A stretch of DNA of 64,000 nucleotides, from NCBI GenBank assembly GCA_903917615.1, contig CAIXBH010000172.1, positions 5,898-69,897 on the forward strand, read 5' to 3'. The DNA is from an uncultured Chloroflexota bacterium. Lineage in GTDB: Bacteria > Chloroflexota > Dehalococcoidia > UBA2979. A program made the position numbers and the translations under genes. The notes beneath the pieces are model-generated. The model had not been told where the DNA came from, did not search any database, and saw only the letters and a program-made list of their open reading frames with translations. Of this stretch, positions 43,638-52,151 are shown in pieces. Within the stretch, counting starts at the first letter, position 1; each line of letters starts with the position of its first letter.

Positions 43638-44711
43638 GTGGAGCCATGGTTCTCGGTCGGGGAGGCGCTCCTCGGCGTGGTGGTCCTGCTGTTCGTGATC
43701 CAGGACGTGTTCCGCGTCGTCGTGATGCCGCGCCCGTACTACGGGCGCAGCCTGACGAAGGCGATGCTGCGCACTTCCTGGCGGCTCTGGCGCCGGGTCG
43801 CGATCCGACGCACGGACGGCCTACGGCGCGAGGGCGTGCTCGGTATCTTCGGGCAGTTGGGGCTGCTGATCCTCCTCGGCTTCTGGGCTGCGGGACTCAC
43901 TCTCGGCTACGGACTGATCTTCGACGCGCTCAGGGAGCAGCTGCGACCCGCGCCCGGGAACTTCGGTACCTCTCTCTACGTCGCGGGCGTGTCGCTCCTG
44001 ACTCTCGGACTCGGTGACATCGTTCCGGTGGGCGGCCCCGCGCGGCTCGTCATGCTGGTGACGGCAGCCTCCGGTCCCGCGCTCATCGGGCTCGTCCTGG
44101 CGCTGCTGTTCTCGCTGAACTCCTCGTTCCAGCGCCGCGAGGCGCTCGTCACCACGCTCGACGCGAGCGCTGGGGCCCCGCCCTCCGGCGTGCGGATGCT
44201 TGAGACGTACGCGGCGCTTGGCATCGCCGCCGAGCTGCCCGCGATGTTCCGGCTGTGGGAGCTCTGGACGGCCGAGGTGCTCGACAGTCACCTCTCGTAT
44301 CCGCTTCTCGCGTTCTTCCGCTCCACCCACGACAACGAGTCGTGGATCAGCGCGCTCGGTGCGGTCCTCGACGCCGCGACGCTCACGATCGCCGCCATAG
44401 AGGTGCCTGCGGGCAACGCGCAACTGATGTACGACCTCGGCTGTCATGCGGTCGAGGACCTGACGGGCTACTTCGGCCTCGTGCATGAGCGCGACGTCGG
44501 CGTTGAGTTCGTGGAGTTCGAGGCCGCGCTGGTGACGCTCGCGGAGGCAGGCCTGCCGGTGATCCTGAGCGATGTCGCGTGGGAGCGGTTCCGCGTGCTC
44601 CGGGAGCGCTACGCGGGTGCGCTCAACGTGCTCGCGCGCAACTTCGTCACGCCGCCAGCGCTATGGATCGGCGACCGATCGACGTTGCACGCCGCCGACG
44701 CCCGGCTGTAG
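43638..44711 (+). CDS. Potassium-channel-family (Ion_trans_2) membrane protein
   Basis: TM helices around SLLTLGLGDIVP pore loop; SHLSYPLLAFFRS, SWISALGAVLD. Confidence 0.85.
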   Translation: MEPWFSVGEALLGVVVLLFVIQDVFRVVVMPRPYYGRSLTKAMLRTSWRLWRRVAIRRTDGLRREGVLGIFGQLGLLILLGFWAAGLTLGYGLIFDALREQLRPAPGNFGTSLYVAGVSLLTLGLGDIVPVGGPARLVMLVTAASGPALIGLVLALLFSLNSSFQRREALVTTLDASAGAPPSGVRMLETYAALGIAAELPAMFRLWELWTAEVLDSHLSYPLLAFFRSTHDNESWISALGAVLDAATLTIAAIEVPAGNAQLMYDLGCHAVEDLTGYFGLVHERDVGVEFVEFEAALVTLAEAGLPVILSDVAWERFRVLRERYAGALNVLARNFVTPPALWIGDRSTLHAADARL

Positions 44712-44733
44712 GCGTCCGCCCAGGCCGAACGCG

Positions 44734-46020
44734 CTAGCGCGGCGGTGGGGGCGGGCCGCCGCCGGGAGGTCCACCGCCTCCGATGGGCTGAGGCGGTCGG
44801 ATCGCGGTGCCACGGAAGCACGACACGCTGTACGGGAAGTCGAGCGTCATCACGTAGTGGTACATGGTGACGGTCTGCCCATCGAGGACGATCGGGCTCG
44901 TCATCCCGTGGCACTCGTCGAGGTCGGCGGTCGTGATCACGTTGCCGGTCGCGACCCTCGAGCCCGTCAGGGGGTAGCCGTCCAGTGCGAAGCCGATGAC
45001 GGTCGTCGCGTCGTTCGTCGCGAGGCATTTCGACAGGCCGTGGTAGTGGTACTCGCCTGACTCCTGCGGATGCCCACCGCACGCGTCCTGCACCTCCCAC
45101 GCGTTCGCGTCACGCCCGCCGGCGTCGAAGGCGTTGAACAGCGGGACGCCATCGATCATGACGCCGGCCTCGCCGCCGACGCAGTTCGCGCCTATGCCCG
45201 TCGGGTTGGCGGGGAGGTTGTAGGTGAGCGACTGCGCCTGGATGCGGTTGGGGTTTCGGTCGTAAGCCGCGGCTGGATCGCTCGCCGCGATGGGGAACGT
45301 GCCGGTCGTGTGCGTCGGCAGCGCGTTCGTGGTGATCACGCGCCGGTCGCCGGTCACCCGTGACGTGAAGGCGGCGCTGGGCCACGAGACCGCGCCCTGC
45401 ACGGAGATCTTCTTTGTCGAGGACCACGTGCCGTTGCCGAGGAACCACGGCCCCTGCGCCTGAGCGCCGGCCTGGCCCGCCGGTACGAAGTTCGCACTGC
45501 ATGAATAGACATAACCCTGCCGTGGGCCCGCAGTCGTGTACCGGCTGTCGCCGACCGGCAGCACGCCGTCCGCGTAGCGGTCGCCGTACGAAGCGGCAGC
45601 GCCGGAAGCCCCGGCGGCCGGCACAGACGCGCCCCCCGTGCTCGCTACGCCCCGGGTGAGCGTCACCGCGGTCAGTCCGAGCACCGCTGGCATCTTGCTC
45701 CGGAAGGCGTCCTTCAGGAAGGCAGGCCCGCCGACGACGAGCAACTCGAAGCTGCCGGACGTCCCCTGTACCCACACCCCGTCGGCGCTGACCGACTTCG
45801 CCGCGGCCTCGAGCTGGTCGGTGGTGCCGCCGCTGAACACGACGTTGGCGAGGCCGCTGGCGGCGTATGGCGGTGCGCTCGTGAAGGTCCCGGCTGGCAC
45901 CTGCGCGTGCGCCGTCGCGCCGACGTACAGCGTCAGCGCGACCGCGGCCGCGGAGCAGAGCGCGCCGGCGACGACGGCGGTTACGAGGCGGCGGGAGCGA
46001 TGGAGGAAGTGTCTCGACAT
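44734..46020 (-). CDS. Secreted YHYH-domain protein
   Basis: Signal peptide (AHA-Q), GVMIDGVP, DACGGHP..EYHYH, GFALDGYP, LDECHG, YHY. Confidence 0.88.
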   Translation of the reverse strand: MSRHFLHRSRRLVTAVVAGALCSAAAVALTLYVGATAHAQVPAGTFTSAPPYAASGLANVVFSGGTTDQLEAAAKSVSADGVWVQGTSGSFELLVVGGPAFLKDAFRSKMPAVLGLTAVTLTRGVASTGGASVPAAGASGAAASYGDRYADGVLPVGDSRYTTAGPRQGYVYSCSANFVPAGQAGAQAQGPWFLGNGTWSSTKKISVQGAVSWPSAAFTSRVTGDRRVITTNALPTHTTGTFPIAASDPAAAYDRNPNRIQAQSLTYNLPANPTGIGANCVGGEAGVMIDGVPLFNAFDAGGRDANAWEVQDACGGHPQESGEYHYHGLSKCLATNDATTVIGFALDGYPLTGSRVATGNVITTADLDECHGMTSPIVLDGQTVTMYHYVMTLDFPYSVSCFRGTAIRPPQPIGGGGPPGGGPPPPPR

Positions 46021-46122
46021 GTCGGCCAGTTTGCCACATCGGCCGCGGCCCCCGCCATCGGCGTAGGATGTCGCGCGGTCGGCGCAACGTGCGCCACCAC
46101 GGACGGGGACGAGGAGATTGCC

Positions 46123-47535
46123 ATGGCCGACTCGATCGCGCGGACGTTCGCACGCTGGGCGGCGAACCTGACGTACGAGGACCTTCCGCCGGTGGTCGTC
46201 GACAAGATTAAGTCGCTGATCCTGCTGCACCTGACCGCCGCGGTGATCGGCGCGCAGCGGCCCCAGGCGAAGGAGATCATCCACGCGATCAAGGCCGAGG
46301 AGGGGAAGCCCGACGGCGCGACGATCATCTGGGACGGCGGGAAAGTCACGCGCATCGCGGCCACCTACGCAGGCGCCGAGATGATCCACCTGACCGGCCT
46401 GATGGACTCCTACCGGATGATCACGCACCCAGGTTGCTCGCTGATCCCGACGGCGATCGCGAATGCCGAGCTCGAAGGCGCCACCCTCAAGCAGATGATC
46501 ACGGCGCTTGCGGCGGGGTACGAGGTGGGCTGCCGGCTGTCGTACGACTTCGTGCCAGGTACCGCAGCACGCGGGTTCCGGCCTGCGCCGATCTACCACA
46601 CGATGGGTGCCGCGGTGGTTGCCGGGAAGCTCATGGGGCATGACGAGGCCAAGATGATGGCTACCATCGGCATCGCCGCGAACTGCGCGTCCGGGCTGTA
46701 CGAGACGGCCACGGAGTCCGTCGGCGGTGGCGAGACGGGGGTGCAGGACCCCAACGCGGCGCGGCAGGGCGTCTTCGCGGCCATGACTGCGCGCGAGGGG
46801 CACATCCGCGGGTCGGAGGACATCATCGAGGGCCCGTTCGGGTTCTACAACGCGTTCGTCGGCAACAACCAGGGCAAGCCGAAGTACGTCTTCGATGGCC
46901 CCGAGGTCATCGACCTGGCGAGCGTCACGGCGGGTCTCGGCGCGACGTACAAGCTGCTCGAGCTGATGTACCGCATGTACAACACCGGCGGGTACAACCA
47001 CCCGACCATCAACCTCATGGTCGAGTTGCGGGACCAGCACCACATCGATCCTGCGGCGATCGCGCAGGTCGAGGTCACGATGAACTGGATGGAGTCGATG
47101 CGCGCGCCGCACGTGCCGATGTGGCCGACCACACCGCCGCGCGTGGGGACCACACACTACTTCGTCGCGCATGCCGCACTGAACGGCGGGTTCCCGCAGG
47201 TGGGCGGCCACACGTTTGGGCCGACCGAGGATCCGACAAAGGACGAGGCGGTCCTCGAGTTCATGCAGACGAAGGTGCAGATCGTCGGCCGTGAGGATTG
47301 GCCGATGTTCTCGCCATCGATCACCGTGCTCATGCAGGACGGCACGCGGTACAGCGGCCACTATCCATACGCGCGGATGCAGTGGAACTTCGACGGCCTC
47401 GTCGAGCACCTCGAGGACCTGAAGGAGAAGTGGCCGCTCGGCCCGGACGGTCTGCAGGCCCTCGTCGATGCGTGTCGCACCGCCGAGTCCCTCCCGTCCG
47501 TGGAGCCGTTGCACGCGCTGACGCGGCCGAAGTAG
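46123..47535 (+). CDS. MmgE/PrpD family protein (paralogue 2, 470 aa)
   Basis: Co-linear with 23181-24593 (MADSIAR.FARW.ANL.YEDLPPVVVDK; MYRMYNTGGYNHP); GAGGAG RBS. Confidence 0.88.
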   Translation: MADSIARTFARWAANLTYEDLPPVVVDKIKSLILLHLTAAVIGAQRPQAKEIIHAIKAEEGKPDGATIIWDGGKVTRIAATYAGAEMIHLTGLMDSYRMITHPGCSLIPTAIANAELEGATLKQMITALAAGYEVGCRLSYDFVPGTAARGFRPAPIYHTMGAAVVAGKLMGHDEAKMMATIGIAANCASGLYETATESVGGGETGVQDPNAARQGVFAAMTAREGHIRGSEDIIEGPFGFYNAFVGNNQGKPKYVFDGPEVIDLASVTAGLGATYKLLELMYRMYNTGGYNHPTINLMVELRDQHHIDPAAIAQVEVTMNWMESMRAPHVPMWPTTPPRVGTTHYFVAHAALNGGFPQVGGHTFGPTEDPTKDEAVLEFMQTKVQIVGREDWPMFSPSITVLMQDGTRYSGHYPYARMQWNFDGLVEHLEDLKEKWPLGPDGLQALVDACRTAESLPSVEPLHALTRPK

Positions 47536-47539
47536 CGCC

Positions 47540-48055
47540 GTGTTCACGCCCGCCATTCCGCTGATCGAGGTCGCGGCACGGACGCTGCTGATCTACGTGA
47601 CCGTCCTCGGCGGGCTCCGCGTCGCCGGCAAGCGCGAGATCGGACAGATGACTCCGTTTGACCTCGTGGTCATCCTGCTCGTCGCCAATGCCGTGCAGAA
47701 TGCGATGGTCGGGCCAGATACCTCCGTGAGCGGTGGGCTGGTCTCGGCGGCGGTGCTGGTCAGTGCGAACTACGGGCTCTCGGCGCTCCGTGACCGCATT
47801 CCGTGGCTGCGCGAAGCGCTCGAGGGCTCGCCGACACTCCTCGTGCACGACGGGGAGATCCTCGACGCGAACCTCGCACGTGAGCACGTCGACGTGGACG
47901 AGGTGCTCATGGCGCTGCGGGAGCACGGGCTCGAGGATGTGCGGCAGGTGCGGCTCGCGGTGCTGGAGACCGACGGCTCGATCAGTGTCGTGTCCGCGGC
48001 CGGGCCTGAGCCGGAGCGCACGAAGCGCCGAGTGCGGCGCCGGACGCGCCGGTAG
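47540..48055 (+). CDS. DUF421 (YetF-like) membrane protein
   Basis: RVAGKREIGQMTPFDLVVILL, EGSPTLLVHDG, AVLETDGSISV. Confidence 0.93.
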   Translation: MFTPAIPLIEVAARTLLIYVTVLGGLRVAGKREIGQMTPFDLVVILLVANAVQNAMVGPDTSVSGGLVSAAVLVSANYGLSALRDRIPWLREALEGSPTLLVHDGEILDANLAREHVDVDEVLMALREHGLEDVRQVRLAVLETDGSISVVSAAGPEPERTKRRVRRRTRR

Positions 48056-48071
48056 GGGTACGCGCGACCGG

Positions 48072-48089
48072 TTGTGCACAGCTTCACAA
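48072..48089. promoter_or_regulatory. Rex- or CRP-family operator-like palindrome
   Basis: TTGTGCA-CAGC-TTCACAA, one mismatch from TTGTGAA-N4-TTCACAA; TACCAT hexamer at 48111-48116. Confidence 0.65.
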
Positions 48090-48186
48090 ACTCCTGCCGC
48101 TGACGAGGAGTACCATGCCGCGCGTGGCAGAGCCCGGCCTGCGTCCCGGGGCGCGAAGCGGGCACTGAAGTCTCGAGGGGTGAAGC

Positions 48187-50517
48187 ATGAGCGGACCGCT
48201 CTCCGGCCTGCGGTTGCTGGACATTACGCACTACTCGGTCGGGCCCTTCGCCTGCACGCTGCTGGCGCAGATGGGCATGGACGTCGTGAAGATCGAGTCG
48301 CCGGAAGGCGACCATCAGTCGCGGACGCCACCGCCGTTCAAGAACGGCATCACGACGACCTATAACGCGATGAACTCCGGCAAGCGCTGCGCGGTCTTCG
48401 ACCTGCGCGATGAGGCCGTCCGCGAGACGATCTTCGAGCTCGTCAGGCAGTCCGACATCCTCATCGAGAACCACCGCCCGGGTTTCCTCGACCGCCGTGG
48501 GCTCGGTTGGGATGATGTGCACAAGCTCAACCCGAGCCTCGTGTACTGCTCCTCGTCCGGATACGGCTCCCGTGGCCCGTACAAGCAGATGGGCAGCGTC
48601 GACACGTACGGGCAGGCCGTCTCCGGCTTCGCATCCGTCAGTGGCGTACCCGGCGAACGGCCCGAGGGCGTGAAGGGCGGCGCGCCCGCCGACCTCGGCA
48701 CCTCGCAGTACATCGTGGCGGGCGTACTCGCCGCGCTGTACCGGCGCGACATGACCGGCATCGGCCAGTTCGTCGACACCTCACAGATGCAGGCCACGAG
48801 CGCGCTCTCCGGCGCGCGCGCCAGTGAGTACTTCGTCTCCGGCGAGATCCCCACGCCGATGGGATCGGGCGTGAACAACATCTGCCCGTCGCGCGCCTAC
48901 AAGGCCGAGGATGGCAAGTACGTCGCCCTCAGCGCCCTGGACGAGCCGACGTGGCAGCGCCTCTGTGCGACGTTGAACCTCGGTCAGCTCGCGAGCGACC
49001 CCAAGCTCCAGAGCAACGCGGGCCGGGTGGCGAACCGCGAGATCGTCGACGCGGCCATCGAGGGTGTGATCGCGACGCAGTCCGCGGACCACTGGATCTC
49101 GGCGCTCACCGGCCGAGGCGTGCCTGCCGCGCCGTTTATGACGCACAACAACCTGCGCATCAGCGAGCAGGTGCGCGAGCAGGAGATGATCCAGGACGTC
49201 GTCAGCCCGTGGGGCCGGATCACCATCGGCGGCATGCCGTGGCGTTTCAGTCGGACCCCTGGCTGGATCCGCCCGGCGCACAAGCCCGGCCAGGACAACG
49301 AGGAGATCCTGCGCGAGTTCACGCCGAAGCAGGTGCCCGCGCCGCCCGTCGAGGTCGACGGCAGCGCGGACGGGACGCACGGTCCGCTGGAGGGCCTGCG
49401 GGTCGTCGACATCACGCAGGGCTACGTCGGTTACGCCGGCATGTTGATGGCTGACGCGGGTGCGACGGTGATCAAGGTGGAGCCGCCTGAGGGCGACTAC
49501 CTGCGCAAGCTCGGCGGGGCGTTCGCGGGGGATACCGCCGCCGCGTTCCTCGCCGTCAACCGCAGCAAGCAGAGCGTGCGCCTCGATTGGCAGAACAACC
49601 CGGCCGCGCGCGCTGCGCTCGACCGAATGCTGATGCTCGCCGACGTGTTGATCACGGATCTCCAGCCGTCGGTGGCGAAGCAGCACGGCCTTACGGAGGA
49701 GGCGCTGCGCCCGTCGCACGGCCGGCTGATCATCACGTCGCTCACGCCGTTCGGCGACACCGGCCCGATCGCGGATCAGCCCGCGACGGAGCTCGAGGTG
49801 CAGGCGATGTCTGGCCAGTGGCGCTACCTCGGCGATTACGGCGCGGCCCCGGTCCGCCACGGCCTGCCCATCGGCGCGGTGAACTCCTCGGTCTTTGCGT
49901 TCCAGGGCACGCTTGGCGCACTGCACGAGCGCATGCAGAGCGGCAAGGGCCAGAAGGTCGAATGCAGCCAGCTCGGCGCGGAGCTCACGATGCAGAGCAT
50001 CCTCTGGGCGGCCGAGAGCGAGCCGGACGACTGGGAAGGCCACACCACGGCGATCAAGCGCGAGCCGGCACGCGGATACAAGACGCGCACCGTCTCCATC
50101 CTCTGGGGATTCATGGCCGACCAGCCCGCGATGGACGAGTTCTGCAAGCGCCTCGGCTTCACGGAGGAGTTCGCGCGCGGCGACGCGTGGCAGGTCGACA
50201 AGGCTCGCCCGATCTTCGAGAAGGCGTTCGAGGATCACGACGCGGACGAGATCATCGGGTGGGTGCGCGAGCTGGGCGGCAACGCCGTCCACTACCACAA
50301 CTTCGCCACGTTCGCGAAGGATCCGCAGGTGGAGGCGCTGGGCCTCGTGAACACGTACGACTACCCGGGCATCGGCAAGGTCGGCACGATGGGCCTCGCG
50401 TGGGAGTTCTCGGCGTCGCCGACGGATCCCGGCCGCCCCCCTCTGCTAGGCGAGCACACGGACGCGGTGCTCAAGGACATCGGCTACTCGGAGGCGGACA
50501 TCGCCGCGATGGCGTAG
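48187..50517 (+). CDS. Fused two-domain family III CoA-transferase
   Basis: Two repeats starting GPLSGLRLLD and GPLEGLRVVD; PADLGTS (Asp) in domain 1, PIGAVNS in domain 2; ends PPLLGEHT. Confidence 0.93.
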   Translation: MSGPLSGLRLLDITHYSVGPFACTLLAQMGMDVVKIESPEGDHQSRTPPPFKNGITTTYNAMNSGKRCAVFDLRDEAVRETIFELVRQSDILIENHRPGFLDRRGLGWDDVHKLNPSLVYCSSSGYGSRGPYKQMGSVDTYGQAVSGFASVSGVPGERPEGVKGGAPADLGTSQYIVAGVLAALYRRDMTGIGQFVDTSQMQATSALSGARASEYFVSGEIPTPMGSGVNNICPSRAYKAEDGKYVALSALDEPTWQRLCATLNLGQLASDPKLQSNAGRVANREIVDAAIEGVIATQSADHWISALTGRGVPAAPFMTHNNLRISEQVREQEMIQDVVSPWGRITIGGMPWRFSRTPGWIRPAHKPGQDNEEILREFTPKQVPAPPVEVDGSADGTHGPLEGLRVVDITQGYVGYAGMLMADAGATVIKVEPPEGDYLRKLGGAFAGDTAAAFLAVNRSKQSVRLDWQNNPAARAALDRMLMLADVLITDLQPSVAKQHGLTEEALRPSHGRLIITSLTPFGDTGPIADQPATELEVQAMSGQWRYLGDYGAAPVRHGLPIGAVNSSVFAFQGTLGALHERMQSGKGQKVECSQLGAELTMQSILWAAESEPDDWEGHTTAIKREPARGYKTRTVSILWGFMADQPAMDEFCKRLGFTEEFARGDAWQVDKARPIFEKAFEDHDADEIIGWVRELGGNAVHYHNFATFAKDPQVEALGLVNTYDYPGIGKVGTMGLAWEFSASPTDPGRPPLLGEHTDAVLKDIGYSEADIAAMA

Positions 50518-50543
50518 TCGACGTCCCGCGAGTGCTAAAGGAC

Positions 50544-50569
50544 GCGGCCGCGGTGAGAACCGCGGCCGC
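50544..50569. terminator. Hairpin between convergent genes
   Basis: GCGGCCGCGGT-GAGA-ACCGCGGCCGC perfect stem with GNRA loop. Confidence 0.75.
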
Positions 50570-50592
50570 TTCGTGTCTCGTCTGCCGCCGCG

Positions 50593-50889
50593 TCAGGCCT
50601 TCAACCACCTCGGCAGCCACGTGCCGGGGCGGAAGAGCGAGATAGCGATCGTCGTCGAAGGACGGAACGCGAACTCGATGTGGACCGGCCGCCCGCCCGC
50701 CCGCATGCGGCTCATCGCCACCATTCGCAGTGCGCCGAGTCCAACCGGAACCAGCAACCAGCCGAGGTGGGCGCTCGGATGCCTCCGTACCTCGTGGAGG
50801 ATGGCCTCGCCACGCTCGATGAGCGCGCGAATGCCGAGCGCGTCTTCGGCGGCCTCTTCGGCATCATCGTTCTTCAGTGCTCGCGGCAT
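50593..50889 (-). CDS. Hypothetical protein (98 aa)
   Basis: GGAGGA RBS before ATG (MPRALKNDD), one hydrophobic stretch. Confidence 0.55.
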   Translation of the reverse strand: MPRALKNDDAEEAAEDALGIRALIERGEAILHEVRRHPSAHLGWLLVPVGLGALRMVAMSRMRAGGRPVHIEFAFRPSTTIAISLFRPGTWLPRWLKA

Positions 50890-51055
50890 GACGTCCTCCG
50901 TGCTCGTGCGGCGGATGGAGGTCGCTGGCCGCGCCACCACTCCGCCGTACTCACGACGCTAGGTGGCGCGCCGTCACGAGGGCGTAACAGGCCTGGGCAT
51001 GAGTCGGGGGGGCGCCCGCGTGATCGTGCCGGGCGCGGGGCGCGCCGCCTGTCGC

Positions 51056-51214
51056 CTAGTGTGCGCCCGGCGCGATCCCGTGCTCGCGCTCGAACGCGGC
51101 GAGGTCCCGCGCGCGCTCGGCCTCGATGCGACTCGAGGCGATGCCCAGGAAGAACGCGAAGGCGACACCGACGGTGAGCAGGCCGATGCCGGCGGCGAGT
51201 GGAAGCAGGTCCAT
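51056..51214 (-). CDS. Small single-TM protein (52 aa)
   Basis: GGAG RBS; MDLLPLAAGIGLLTVGVAFAFFLG then a charged helix. Confidence 0.6.
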   Translation of the reverse strand: MDLLPLAAGIGLLTVGVAFAFFLGIASSRIEAERARDLAAFEREHGIAPGAH

Positions 51215-51376
51215 GAGCGTGGTCTCCGTTCGTGCCACGACCCCCGTGGCCGAATCGGAGGATGCCTGTGGGAGTCCACCCCGGAGAACGGACTTTCGTC
51301 ACATCTCGGGTGGGACTGGGGTGCGGGGCTTGCGCGAAGATTCCCGCCCGCCGCGGCGCGGGTATGATGCGGTGCG

Positions 51377-52108
51377 ATGAACGAGGAATCGCAGGACGCC
51401 CCGATCGCGAAGAGCTAGCCGCCCGCTGCGGCCCGCCTCCACGCGCTACCTGAGCCCGGCCCGCGTGAACCCGCGCCTGGCGGATTGTTCTCGATCCCGC
51501 TCACGAACGGCCGGGAAGGCCTCGTCTACGTCCCGGACGCGTACCGTCCGGACGCTCCGCTCGCCCTGATCGTCGCCCTTCACGGCGCGGGGGGCAGCGC
51601 GCAGCGCGGGATGAACGTCATCGCGCCGCTCGCGGACGAGTACGGCGCAATCGTCTTTGCGCCGCAATCGGGTGGGCCGACGTGGGACATCCTCGTGGGC
51701 GGCTTCGGGCCCGACGTGGCCGCCATTGATGCCGCGCTCGTCCAGATCTACGAACGATATGCCATCGACCCCGCGCGTCGCGTCATCAGCGGCTTCTCCG
51801 ACGGGGCCTCGTACTCGCTCTCGCTCGGGCTCGCCAATGGCGACATCTTCACGCACATCATGGCGTTCTCGCCCGGCTTCGCCGACCCGTGGGGCCTTGT
51901 CGGCGACCCGCAGGTCTTCATGTCGCATGGCACCGAAGACAAGACGCTGCCGATCGACGAGGCGAGCCGGTCGATCGTCAGCATCCTGCAGCAGGTGGGC
52001 TATCCCGTGTACTACGTCGAGTTCGAGGGCCCGCACAGCGTCCCCGAACCGGTCCTCCGGTCGGGCTACAACTGGCTCTTCGGTCGCAAGGCGCCAGCGC
52101 AGGCCTGA
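51377..52108 (+). CDS. Phospholipase/carboxylesterase family protein; in-frame TAG at 51416-51418 (alternative start TTG 51485)
   Basis: GLVYVP, LHGAGG, SGFSDGASY, AFSPG, SHGTED..LP, FEGPH. Confidence 0.85.
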
Positions 52109-52151
52109 CCGTCGGAGTTCGGGCCCAGTCATCATCGAGGAGGGAACGCGC

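Noticed and set aside
46021..47556. Apparent 940-aa YHYH fusion protein (ORF 44734-47556)
   Set aside because: The N-terminal extension is the antisense of the PrpD-like gene; the signal peptide starts at ATG 46020
51416..51418. Genome-wide amber recoding or pyrrolysine
   Set aside because: TAG terminates most genes at family-typical C-termini, and there are no pyl genes in the window
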